Assembly: GCA_016183365.1 (NCBI GenBank)
Contig: JACPES010000003.1
Location: forward strand, 409,154-473,153
From: Candidatus Collierbacteria bacterium
GTDB taxonomy: Bacteria > Patescibacteriota > Microgenomatia > UBA1400 > JACPES01
Direction of reading: 5' to 3'
Length of the DNA: 64,000 nt
In this document: positions 18,892 through 27,420 of the stretch, piece after piece
How positions within the stretch are numbered: the stretch's first letter is position 1
Layout of the letters: every line of letters begins with the position of its first letter
Translations under genes and position numbers: made by a program
Notes under the pieces: generated by a model
What the model was told of the DNA's origin: nothing
Database searches by the model: none
What the model saw: the letters and a program-made list of their open reading frames with translations, nothing else

Positions 18892-20113
18892 ATTGTTTAG
18901 CTATTTAAAGTCATTCAAAACTGCTACGTTTAAAGATACTAGCGTGGTCTTTGTGGGTAATACTTTGTCTTCTGTTTTAGGAGCGGTTTTTTTCTTTATA
19001 TTAGCCCGAAAGGCCGGTCCGGCGGTGTTTGGAATTTTCAGCATTGCCACGGCAGTCGCCATAACCGTGGTTGACTTGTTTGATATCGCCATAAATAACG
19101 CGATTATCAGTTTTGGCTCGAAAGTAGGCTGGCGGGCGTTGGCGTTGAGAAACGGGTTAAAAAGAAAAATATTTTTTTCAATTGTTTTTTCCATATTGCT
19201 TCGGATTTGTATTCCGGTAATAATTTGGATGTTGGGAAAGCCTGATATCGCTTACGCCCTTAAAATATCTATCTGGCTTATTCCCGCCAAGGCCATTTTT
19301 TCTTTTGTTAAAACTGCTCTTCAGGCCGGAAAGGAATTTTTTCTGGATTCTACAGTCGACACTTTATCGTCAGTTTTTAGATTAGCCGGATTCTTTTTGC
19401 TCTGGATGATTGGTTTGACGCCGCTGGCTTCGGCTTTATGGGGATATATCCTTGGTTTGCTGCTTTCAACCGTTATCGCTTTACCAAAAGTAAAGGAGTT
19501 AGTCAGCGTTGAAATTGAGGATAATTTCAACCATAAAGAATTTATCGTTTATCAGTCTTGGATGACATTCGCTTTTGCGGCTTCTTCGGTCAGCAGCAGG
19601 TTGGATATTTTTTTCTTAACCAGGATGGTTTCTCTGGAAGCGGTGGGATGGTATCAGGCCGCGTTTCGGTTGTATATGCCGGTCCAGCAATTGGCGTCGT
19701 CGATTTCCAGGGTTTTGGCTCCCAGATTTGCCTCTTTTTCTAACCGGAAAGAATCGAAAATATACTTAAGGAAAGCTTTGTTTTTGTCCGGCGGTTTAGC
19801 GGTTTCCATGTTTTTATTAGTTCCCGTTTATCCCTGGGCCATAAAATTGTTGTACGGGAGTGATTTTCAGAATTCAGTCATTTTTGCCTATGGACTGTTC
19901 GGATATTTTTCTTTATTTTTGTTGTCCACTCCCTGGTGGAGCAGATTGCTTTACTACTATTCTAATGCCAGAAGATTTGCCATTCTCTCAGTTCTTCAAT
20001 TGATTGTCTTGGCTGTAGCGATTCCATTCGCCATTTCCATATTCGGCGGAGTCGGAGTCGTTGTTGCTCTGTTTATCTCTTTGCTTTTCTCCACAGTTTT
20101 GGCGGCAATTTGA
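18884..20113 (+). CDS. Polysaccharide biosynthesis protein / oligosaccharide flippase (Wzx, MOP superfamily)
   Basis: 409 aa with about 12 TM segments; N-terminal motif typical of MOP flippases. Confidence 0.5.
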   Translation: MIKLFSYLKSFKTATFKDTSVVFVGNTLSSVLGAVFFFILARKAGPAVFGIFSIATAVAITVVDLFDIAINNAIISFGSKVGWRALALRNGLKRKIFFSIVFSILLRICIPVIIWMLGKPDIAYALKISIWLIPAKAIFSFVKTALQAGKEFFLDSTVDTLSSVFRLAGFFLLWMIGLTPLASALWGYILGLLLSTVIALPKVKELVSVEIEDNFNHKEFIVYQSWMTFAFAASSVSSRLDIFFLTRMVSLEAVGWYQAAFRLYMPVQQLASSISRVLAPRFASFSNRKESKIYLRKALFLSGGLAVSMFLLVPVYPWAIKLLYGSDFQNSVIFAYGLFGYFSLFLLSTPWWSRLLYYYSNARRFAILSVLQLIVLAVAIPFAISIFGGVGVVVALFISLLFSTVLAAI

Positions 20114-21279
20114 ACGCTATGAAATTTTTTAAGACGAAAATATTTCTGGTGTTAATATCAGGATTAACATTTTTAGGCCTAACAGAGGCTTTTTTCCGCG
20201 CTGAAAACTATCGAAACCGAAATATCGAAACCAGGGCTTGCCGCCGGAAAAATCCGCGATTTCACCATGAATTGGTTCAAAATTCAACCTGCCGATCAAA
20301 ATATCAGGAGTGGGACGTTGAATTTAAGGTTAACAGTCTGGGATTTAGAGATGATGAAATGACGGTCAAAAAACCGCCAGACGTCTACAGAATATTATTA
20401 TTGGGGGATTCGTTTATAGAAGGAGAAAGCGTGGCGGCAGAAAAAACAGCGGCCAGTCTGGTGGAGAAAGAAATAACCTTAGAAACCGGCCGGAAAGTGG
20501 AAGTGGTTAATATGGGAGTAATGAGTTACGCTCCTGCGGTTTACTATCGGGTAATTAAGGATAAGGGGTTACCATTAAATCCGGATCTGGTAATTGTTAA
20601 TGTGGATATGAGTGATTTTCAAAATGATTACGCTTACGCCAAAGATATGGACGAAGACGGTAATTTCCGAAACATTTTATTTCAACAGCAAATGGGACAA
20701 CCTCATGTAGTTCTTCCAGGAGTTGATTCGAAAATTAAATTTCTGCTTCGGTCAAATTCGGTGCTGTATGGAGAGGTGGCCGACAGAATAAAACAATTAG
20801 TCCGTAAAATCAAAAAACTGCCGGAACCGACGGTATTTTTAGTTAACGACCTCAATAGCGATCCGCATTTCATTACCAGATCCGAAGAGAACGCTTTAAA
20901 TCCGGAAGTCTGGAAAGAAATATCAGCTAACCTGATTAGAATCAGGGATTTACTGAATCAGAAAAGAATTTCCTTGGTGGTTATAACTTATCCGTATGGC
21001 CATCAGGTGGCGGAAGACGAATGGAACCAAGGAAGGGTCAAAAACGGGTTTGAGACGGGAAAGATATATCCGGCGACTGCCGCTGATCTACTGGTCGAAT
21101 TTGGAAATAAAAATGGGATTAAAGTAGTTAATTTTTTGCCTGATTTTAGAGCGGCTGCCCAACAAGAGCTTGATTTTTTGTATTATCCACACGATGGTCA
21201 TTTCACCGAAAAAGGGCATAGGGTGATGGCTGATAAGCTGAAAGAGGTTATAGATGATTACCTTACACACGATCGTTAA
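20110..21279 (+). CDS. Membrane-anchored SGNH/GDSL hydrolase (AlgX/AlgJ/DltD-like O-acyl transferase candidate)
   Basis: N-terminal TM anchor, GDSF block I (LLLGDSFIEGES), C-terminal DGHF (DxxH) block V. Confidence 0.45.
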   Translation: MNAMKFFKTKIFLVLISGLTFLGLTEAFFRAENYRNRNIETRACRRKNPRFHHELVQNSTCRSKYQEWDVEFKVNSLGFRDDEMTVKKPPDVYRILLLGDSFIEGESVAAEKTAASLVEKEITLETGRKVEVVNMGVMSYAPAVYYRVIKDKGLPLNPDLVIVNVDMSDFQNDYAYAKDMDEDGNFRNILFQQQMGQPHVVLPGVDSKIKFLLRSNSVLYGEVADRIKQLVRKIKKLPEPTVFLVNDLNSDPHFITRSEENALNPEVWKEISANLIRIRDLLNQKRISLVVITYPYGHQVAEDEWNQGRVKNGFETGKIYPATAADLLVEFGNKNGIKVVNFLPDFRAAAQQELDFLYYPHDGHFTEKGHRVMADKLKEVIDDYLTHDR

Positions 21280-22000
21280 AAACGAAGACAGATTTATTAA
21301 AGCCGCTTTGGTTTCGGTCTTGGCGGTAAAGGATGTGGGAAGAGCATTAGTCTGGGATACCGGATCAATTGATAGAACTGTTCAGGAAATTTTATCAATA
21401 AAAGATTCGAGGATAGAATTTGCTCAAAAAGGAAATGTTAGCCGTAAGCAGCTGGTTTTATTGCGTAACGAGCAGTTAAGGATGACAAAAACTCCGTGGA
21501 TTTTATTGGTGGACGGGGATGAAATCTGGCCTGAAAATAATTTAAGAAAGCTAGTCTCTGCAATGTCCCGCGGATCGGGATCCGGCTCTGCCGGAAAACA
21601 ATGTGGGCTTGAAACTATTGCTTTAGTGAATAAAACTAGAAATGTTGTTGGCGATTTTTATCATTATTTACCGGAATCAAAAGGGCATTACAGGATTGGA
21701 TCTTGGACAGGACATTTGAATATCAGGGCAATCAGAAATTTACCCGGATTAACTGTTAAAGGAGAATATCCCAATGAATGGTATGAATTAAATGCCAAAA
21801 AAATCCAGGACCAGCCGGAAAAACTGGAATTTGTCGATACTTGGTATTTGCATCTGACCCATATGAGACGATCAAGCTCTTGGTTTGCGGAAAGCCTGAC
21901 AATCGACAGGTTAAAAAAACATAAATGGTTAGGAAAATTCAGAAAAGAAAATTTGTTTGTTATGAAAGAATCTGAATTACCGAAACTATCGGTAAGTTAG
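21254..22000 (+). CDS. GT2-like glycosyltransferase (putative)
   Basis: IVKNEDRFI ... LVDGDE (DXD-like) pattern of GT-A enzymes; weak. Confidence 0.35.
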   Translation: MITLHTIVKNEDRFIKAALVSVLAVKDVGRALVWDTGSIDRTVQEILSIKDSRIEFAQKGNVSRKQLVLLRNEQLRMTKTPWILLVDGDEIWPENNLRKLVSAMSRGSGSGSAGKQCGLETIALVNKTRNVVGDFYHYLPESKGHYRIGSWTGHLNIRAIRNLPGLTVKGEYPNEWYELNAKKIQDQPEKLEFVDTWYLHLTHMRRSSSWFAESLTIDRLKKHKWLGKFRKENLFVMKESELPKLSVS

Positions 22001-22016
22001 TGTCAATACTTTAATG

Positions 22017-23549
22017 CTATAGCAAGCGAGTATTGACAAAAATCTTCATCGAGCCGTCTTGAGGAGTCTTAAACCGGTGATTGACCGGATTAGGATCATC
22101 GGCCAATTTTGAATAAGGAATTTCAGATAGATAACTGTCTAAATGGCATCGTTCGGAGATTTCCGATAACAATTCTTCATTGCCCCAATCCGAAAAAATA
22201 ATGATCGCATCAGGACAAATATCCACAGCCGTCAATTCCTGGGCTCCATAAACAATTAAACCGGTATGGAAACGGAAAGTAAAATCATCGTAATTCACGG
22301 CCAAACTTTTGATGCCGGAAAAAGATTTGGAGTTAAGTATTTTAACTAACTGTTCGTTGGTTCCGGTATACGGGTGGGTAATTTCAAATAAATAGTCTGG
22401 CAGAAGTTTAAGGCTCGGGAAAAAGGCGATAAATATGGTAGCGACGGCCAATTTTTTTGGCAATGAAGCAATAATCCGAGCAGCAATATAAGCAAAAAAC
22501 GGAATCAGCGGGACTAGATAACGGAAAAAATATGGATGATTGAAAGTATAGAGCGTTAAGTTGGTTAAGATAATCAATGAAAACAAAACATTTTTATCAT
22601 CGGCCAGAAATTTTTGGCGGATATTCGGTAATAAAAACGGAACTAAAAGAAAAAACGGAAAGATGAATTTATGGATATAGATGAAGTGCCAATGAAGATT
22701 TTGGTTGATGATTGCTATATTGAAATTGAGATTTTGGCCGCCAATTTTGAGCCAGATTGCCCAGGGAAGAGTAAAGATGAGAGTTATCAAAAATAGACGG
22801 GCGAAAAATGAAACATCGTGAAGTTTATCCTGCGAAGCCCCGTACCGTCTGGTACAGGGCGAAGCAGGACCCAGCTCCGCAGGGCGAAACTTCACGGCGG
22901 TGGTTAGCTGATGAATCCAAAAAGAAATCTGTAATGCCAGCGCGCCGGGGAGGAAGCTATGAAAGAGCAGAATGCTACCGAGAATATATTTAGAGTAGCT
23001 TAAGGTCCGACCTTGACGTACGTTAAGGTCGGACCTTTTTATAATCCAAGGATATCCATCCACCGCCATTAAGGTAAACAATAATGCCAGCGAGTAATAT
23101 CTGGCTTGCCTGATATGTAAAAAAAGCGGGACAGAAGTTAAAACTAAGCCGACTGCCAGCCAATAAAACAGTTTGTTTTTAGGTCCATACCGCTCAATAA
23201 AATTCAACCAATACCAAAAAAATAAAATTCCGGCCAGAGCAAAAGGAAGTCTGGCGGCCAAGGCGGAAATCCCGAAGATTTTGAATGATACGGCGGTCAT
23301 ATAAAATTGAAACCAGGGATGCCAACGCCAAAAAGGACTGACAGAAAATTGATAACTCCAATCCTGGCTGATTGGCCCCTGGTCGTCGTAAGCGTAAGGC
23401 AGCCATTGGTTGGATTTAACCATTTGCCTGGCAACTAGAGCAGTTTCCGCTTCATCTTGCCACAGAGTTCTGGCGCCAAGATTGGGAATAACTAAAAGGG
23501 TAAAAATAACCGTCAATATAATTTTTGGCCAAAAGTAATTAAACTTCAT
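22017..23549 (-). CDS. GT-C family membrane glycosyltransferase (GT39/ArnT-like)
   Basis: 510 aa, polytopic; N-terminal loop LWQDEAETA (DE motif); carries two in-frame hairpin elements. Confidence 0.45.
   Translation of the reverse strand: MKFNYFWPKIILTVIFTLLVIPNLGARTLWQDEAETALVARQMVKSNQWLPYAYDDQGPISQDWSYQFSVSPFWRWHPWFQFYMTAVSFKIFGISALAARLPFALAGILFFWYWLNFIERYGPKNKLFYWLAVGLVLTSVPLFLHIRQARYYSLALLFTLMAVDGYPWIIKRSDLNVRQGRTLSYSKYILGSILLFHSFLPGALALQISFWIHQLTTAVKFRPAELGPASPCTRRYGASQDKLHDVSFFARLFLITLIFTLPWAIWLKIGGQNLNFNIAIINQNLHWHFIYIHKFIFPFFLLVPFLLPNIRQKFLADDKNVLFSLIILTNLTLYTFNHPYFFRYLVPLIPFFAYIAARIIASLPKKLAVATIFIAFFPSLKLLPDYLFEITHPYTGTNEQLVKILNSKSFSGIKSLAVNYDDFTFRFHTGLIVYGAQELTAVDICPDAIIIFSDWGNEELLSEISERCHLDSYLSEIPYSKLADDPNPVNHRFKTPQDGSMKIFVNTRLL
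22818..22895. repeat. Family C 78-bp palindromic element, in-frame inside the GT-C gene
   Basis: gtgaagtttatcctgcgaagccccgtaccgtctggtacagggcgaagcaggacccagctccgcagggcgaaacttcac; encodes FRPAELGPASPCTRRYGASQDKLH. Confidence 0.85.
23002..23040. repeat. Perfect 13-bp-stem hairpin with T-run (terminator-like), inside a coding sequence
   Basis: aaggtccgacctt-gacgtacgtt-aaggtcggacctt-ttt. Confidence 0.8.
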
Positions 23550-25456
23550 AGGGGTTTAGGTTTGAATTTAATAAATAACAGAATCCAACCTGCGGAAGCG
23601 ATAGCAGTAATCGCCAAGCCGATTTTGTATGAAATGGGGTCATAGCGAAGAGATATTTCAGACGGCGACACTAAAAATGGCACAATGACCGACTGTTGAT
23701 TAATATTAACCGGATAGATTTTGATTTGCTTGTTATTGACGTATGCCTTCCAACCCGGATACCAACTTCGATTGAATACTATGATTTTTTCATTTTCATT
23801 AGGCAATGTTTCACTTTCCCATAGGATTTCACCGGGAATAAAATCCGATTGCGCTATTCTTCCCAGGGCCTCACCGATGTCTTTAACTTTATAAATTTTG
23901 CTTGATGTCCAAACATCCGGCATGGCCGATGGATTTTCTATGATTTCAATTTTTCCGGATGAAGCGTCAAGAATATGAGTGACTCCAAAAACGTCACGGA
24001 TATTTTTCCCCAGTACATCGTTTCCATAGATGAAATGTCTGAACTTATCAAAGCGCCGTGGATACTGCTGGGCGTAAGCGCCAAGTTGTTTGATATTAAA
24101 AATCATGTTTGAATTAGGTCCTAATGTCCCTCCGGCATAACGAACCGAATTTTCTTTATTTCTCCACCCTTGATAAGCGTCAATTTTTTCCCATAACCTC
24201 TCCTGATTTACCGTAACTATTTTGGGGCTATTCCCTAATTTTTCAACGACTTCTGGTTTGTTTAACCACAGTTCATCGTTTCCCCATAAATGGTAATTCT
24301 TAAAAGTCCATGAGACTTGAAAAAGGTGAAGAAAGGCGATGACAAACACAATTTCCGTCTGTAAATTTTTAGAAAATCCGGAAAATGTCTTGATCCAAAA
24401 AAATCCGGCCAATAGACCCAACGCAATATTAGAGAAAGCCAGAAAACGGGGTTCGATTCTGGTAAAAGACAGCGGCGGCAGTTTAAACAACAGTCCGGCC
24501 GGAGTGTTTCTTCCCAAGGCCAGGATTAAACCGATTAAAAAAACGGCCAAAATCGCTTTTTTCGCTTCAAGAAATTTTGTCGTCACGGAATTTCTTTTTT
24601 TAATCATGCCAAAAATCAGCGCCAAGACAGGAATAATTCCGACATACAATAAATTTTCCCAGAAAATCGGCCAGCCTTTTCCATAATAAGAATATGTTCC
24701 TTTGGATGGGTTGCCGAAAATGAATGGGTGAAATACCGTCAATAGATTTTTTATCGGCAAAGGATGAATAAATCTTTGGCCGGCCGCGGCAGACAGAGTA
24801 TCTGATTGTTTTACTAATTCAAACAGGGGAACGATTTGAATTGCCGACAGTAAAATTGCGATTAAAGCCCCGGACATTATTTTAATTAGGTTAGAGATTT
24901 TTTTACGCCAATTTCTGATTGCCGAATAAACGACCAAGATGAGCAGGCTATTAATAAATGTCTGTGGATATCCGACTAAGATCATTTGAGCCAGGATGAC
25001 GCCCAGCCACAGCACAGACCGAAGATTTTTTTCATTGCTTAACTTTTCAGTAAATAGCAGCGCCCAGGGGATAAAAGAAAACGATTGCAGTAAATTGAGG
25101 TGGGTCATTTGGACGATGAAATAGCCGTTAAATGATGCAAACAGCGCTGACACGGCGCTTAAAACTTTTGGCAACCCGATCTTCCGCATTAACAGATATG
25201 ATCCGGCAAAAGCGACTACAAATGTCGAAAACAGGGCGGCCGTGAAGGCTTGAGGCATAGACAATAATCCAAAGACTAACCAATTTAGTGGGCTGAAAGC
25301 TCCGATCTGTCCTTCGGCTCCAATCGGAAAGCCGTTTCCTATAATGTCTGTCCACAGCGGAAACTTTCCCTGTTTTAAAGACTCGCTTAATAAATTTTTT
25401 AAAGGATAATTAAAATTCCAGATGTCGGACAGACCGTAATCGGGTGTAACCAGCAT
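23546..25456 (-). CDS. YfhO-like polytopic membrane protein (glycopolymer glycosylation family)
   Basis: N-terminus FPLWTDIIGNGFPIGAEGQ resembles the YfhO family; 636 aa with more than 12 TM segments and a C-terminal extracytoplasmic domain. Confidence 0.45.
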   Translation of the reverse strand: MLVTPDYGLSDIWNFNYPLKNLLSESLKQGKFPLWTDIIGNGFPIGAEGQIGAFSPLNWLVFGLLSMPQAFTAALFSTFVVAFAGSYLLMRKIGLPKVLSAVSALFASFNGYFIVQMTHLNLLQSFSFIPWALLFTEKLSNEKNLRSVLWLGVILAQMILVGYPQTFINSLLILVVYSAIRNWRKKISNLIKIMSGALIAILLSAIQIVPLFELVKQSDTLSAAAGQRFIHPLPIKNLLTVFHPFIFGNPSKGTYSYYGKGWPIFWENLLYVGIIPVLALIFGMIKKRNSVTTKFLEAKKAILAVFLIGLILALGRNTPAGLLFKLPPLSFTRIEPRFLAFSNIALGLLAGFFWIKTFSGFSKNLQTEIVFVIAFLHLFQVSWTFKNYHLWGNDELWLNKPEVVEKLGNSPKIVTVNQERLWEKIDAYQGWRNKENSVRYAGGTLGPNSNMIFNIKQLGAYAQQYPRRFDKFRHFIYGNDVLGKNIRDVFGVTHILDASSGKIEIIENPSAMPDVWTSSKIYKVKDIGEALGRIAQSDFIPGEILWESETLPNENEKIIVFNRSWYPGWKAYVNNKQIKIYPVNINQQSVIVPFLVSPSEISLRYDPISYKIGLAITAIASAGWILLFIKFKPKPL

Positions 25457-25481
25457 ATAATTTAGTATACAATTCCAAAAT

Positions 25482-26111
25482 ATGGATCTCCCTAAAATTT
25501 GGTCGCAGGTGCCGGCGGATTATTTTTCTTCAGGAATAAAAACAAATCTTTTGCAGAAAATTTGGCATGCCAAGAAATTAGAGGCGGTGGCAAAATCTGT
25601 CGGTAGAAAGAAAATTAATGTTTTAGTTGAAGTCGGGTCGGCTGACGGAAGTTTTGTTAATTCATTGTCTAAGCGAATTAAATTAAATAAAATAATCGCC
25701 ATAGATCCATATTTGCCGCCCCTATCGCTCGGAAAGAAAATGTACCCGAATATAATTTTTATTCAGGCAGATGCCCATTTCTTGCCTTTGGGAAATGCGT
25801 CCGTGGATTTGATTACAATTCTGGAAACTCTGGAGCACGTAGCCGATCCATACAGAACTCTAATGGAATTAAAAAGAATCCTTAAAAAAAACGGGCTAAT
25901 CATCGTAGAAATTGACAGTGGGAGTTGGTTATTTCAGGCCATTTGGTTTTTTTGGAAAAAATTTGGGAAGGGAAAAGTTTGGAGCGGAGCCCATCTGACA
26001 TTTTTTAATGTCGAACTTCTGGAAGGGTTATTCGAAAAAGCCGGTCTAAAAGTCGAGGAAAAAAAACTGTTTAATTGGGGGATGGGAATATGTTTCAGGT
26101 TGCGTTTTTGA
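25482..26111 (+). CDS. Class I SAM-dependent methyltransferase
   Basis: Motif I VLVEVGSADGSF; motif II/III region IITILETLEHV. Confidence 0.6.
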   Translation: MDLPKIWSQVPADYFSSGIKTNLLQKIWHAKKLEAVAKSVGRKKINVLVEVGSADGSFVNSLSKRIKLNKIIAIDPYLPPLSLGKKMYPNIIFIQADAHFLPLGNASVDLITILETLEHVADPYRTLMELKRILKKNGLIIVEIDSGSWLFQAIWFFWKKFGKGKVWSGAHLTFFNVELLEGLFEKAGLKVEEKKLFNWGMGICFRLRF

Positions 26112-27361
26112 TCGCTGTCCATCTTTTGATATTAGTTCAACTTCGGTTTGAAGTTTGGCCGGAGATGATGCTGATGCCGTATTTGATGAAAAACGGTTTT
26201 GAGCTGTATCGGGATATGATCGCGCCTTGGACTCCGGGGTTGATGTGGATACTGGCAGGGTGGTTTTGGTTGACCGGGCTAACTCTTTGGAATTTGAAAG
26301 TTTTAACTTGGTTAATAATCATTTCAACCGATATCTTAATTTATTTAATAGTTGCCAAACACTGGGGAAAGGCGGCAGGAATTATTTCGTTGATAAGTTT
26401 TATGCTGTTTCAGCCGTTATTTGACGGGAATGGTTTATGGTTTGATTTAGTGGTTGTGCCGTTGCTTTTATTGGCGTTTCATTTTGATAACTCTTTGTTT
26501 TTGGGTCCGGCGTTTTTGATAAAGCAATCGGTGGTGTGGCTGTTTCCTCTGTTTTGGCGGCAATGGAAGAGTTTGATACTGGGAGTAATTGGGACAATCG
26601 GGTTAAGCATGGTTTGGTTTTGGCTCAAAGGCGATCTTGGTGATTATTGGTTTTGGGCGTATGATTTTACCTTTCGGAAATTGCCGACGATGCCGGGGCA
26701 TCTAGATTTGGGAAACTGGCGACTGTGGTTGTTAACGTTAACCCCTTTTGTTTTAATCGGAGCAATAAGATGGACTAGAAAGGAAAAAATGATTGATAAG
26801 ACCGCGAGCGATCCTCTTTGGTGGGTGATGTTTTCAATTCCCTTTATTCTACCGAGGTTTGGGTTATTTCATTTTCAACCCGCGATAGCGTTTTTGGCGT
26901 TAGAGATTGGGAGGCTTTATAAAAGTTATAAGGGTTATAACAATTATAAAATTTATTTGTTATTCGGAGCAGCAGCGGTTTATTTGGGATTCTTCTGGTA
27001 CAGGATAATTCAAGCTCAATGGCAAAAGCCGGATCGGTTTCTGGAGCCGGAAGTTTATCAAACCGCGGCGAAGTTGGTTTTGGAGACCGATAAAAGCCAG
27101 CCGGTATTATTGGTCAATGGTTCGGAGCTGGCGTACGTTTTATCTGACAGATTACCTCCTAAGCCGTGGTTGACGCAGTTTCCGTGGTTTTTGGAATTGC
27201 CGGGATTTCAGGAAAAACTGATAGATAAATTCAAACAGCAAAATCTGAAGCAAGTGTACCGGTTCCCATATCAAAACGAAGGGGAATTTATCCCCGGATC
27301 CTATCGACCGGAAAAGTTGCTGGAATATATTAACTCTATTACCAATGATGAAACTTTTTAA
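26075..27361 (+). CDS. Polytopic membrane protein of unknown function
   Basis: 428 aa, highly hydrophobic. Confidence 0.3.
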   Translation: MGDGNMFQVAFLIAVHLLILVQLRFEVWPEMMLMPYLMKNGFELYRDMIAPWTPGLMWILAGWFWLTGLTLWNLKVLTWLIIISTDILIYLIVAKHWGKAAGIISLISFMLFQPLFDGNGLWFDLVVVPLLLLAFHFDNSLFLGPAFLIKQSVVWLFPLFWRQWKSLILGVIGTIGLSMVWFWLKGDLGDYWFWAYDFTFRKLPTMPGHLDLGNWRLWLLTLTPFVLIGAIRWTRKEKMIDKTASDPLWWVMFSIPFILPRFGLFHFQPAIAFLALEIGRLYKSYKGYNNYKIYLLFGAAAVYLGFFWYRIIQAQWQKPDRFLEPEVYQTAAKLVLETDKSQPVLLVNGSELAYVLSDRLPPKPWLTQFPWFLELPGFQEKLIDKFKQQNLKQVYRFPYQNEGEFIPGSYRPEKLLEYINSITNDETF

Positions 27362-27409
27362 TTATTTTCAGGCAAAGCCTGATCCTGCTCTGCAGGAAAA
27401 TAATTGAAG
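27358..27409 (+). promoter_or_regulatory. Conserved 52-bp upstream structured motif (copy 1 of 2, plus a partial third)
   Basis: ttaattattttcaggcaaagcctgatcctgctctgcaggaaaataattgaagt; near-identical to 36848..36899, with compensatory changes preserving two hairpins. Confidence 0.5.
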
Positions 27410-27420
27410 TATTAAAAAAT

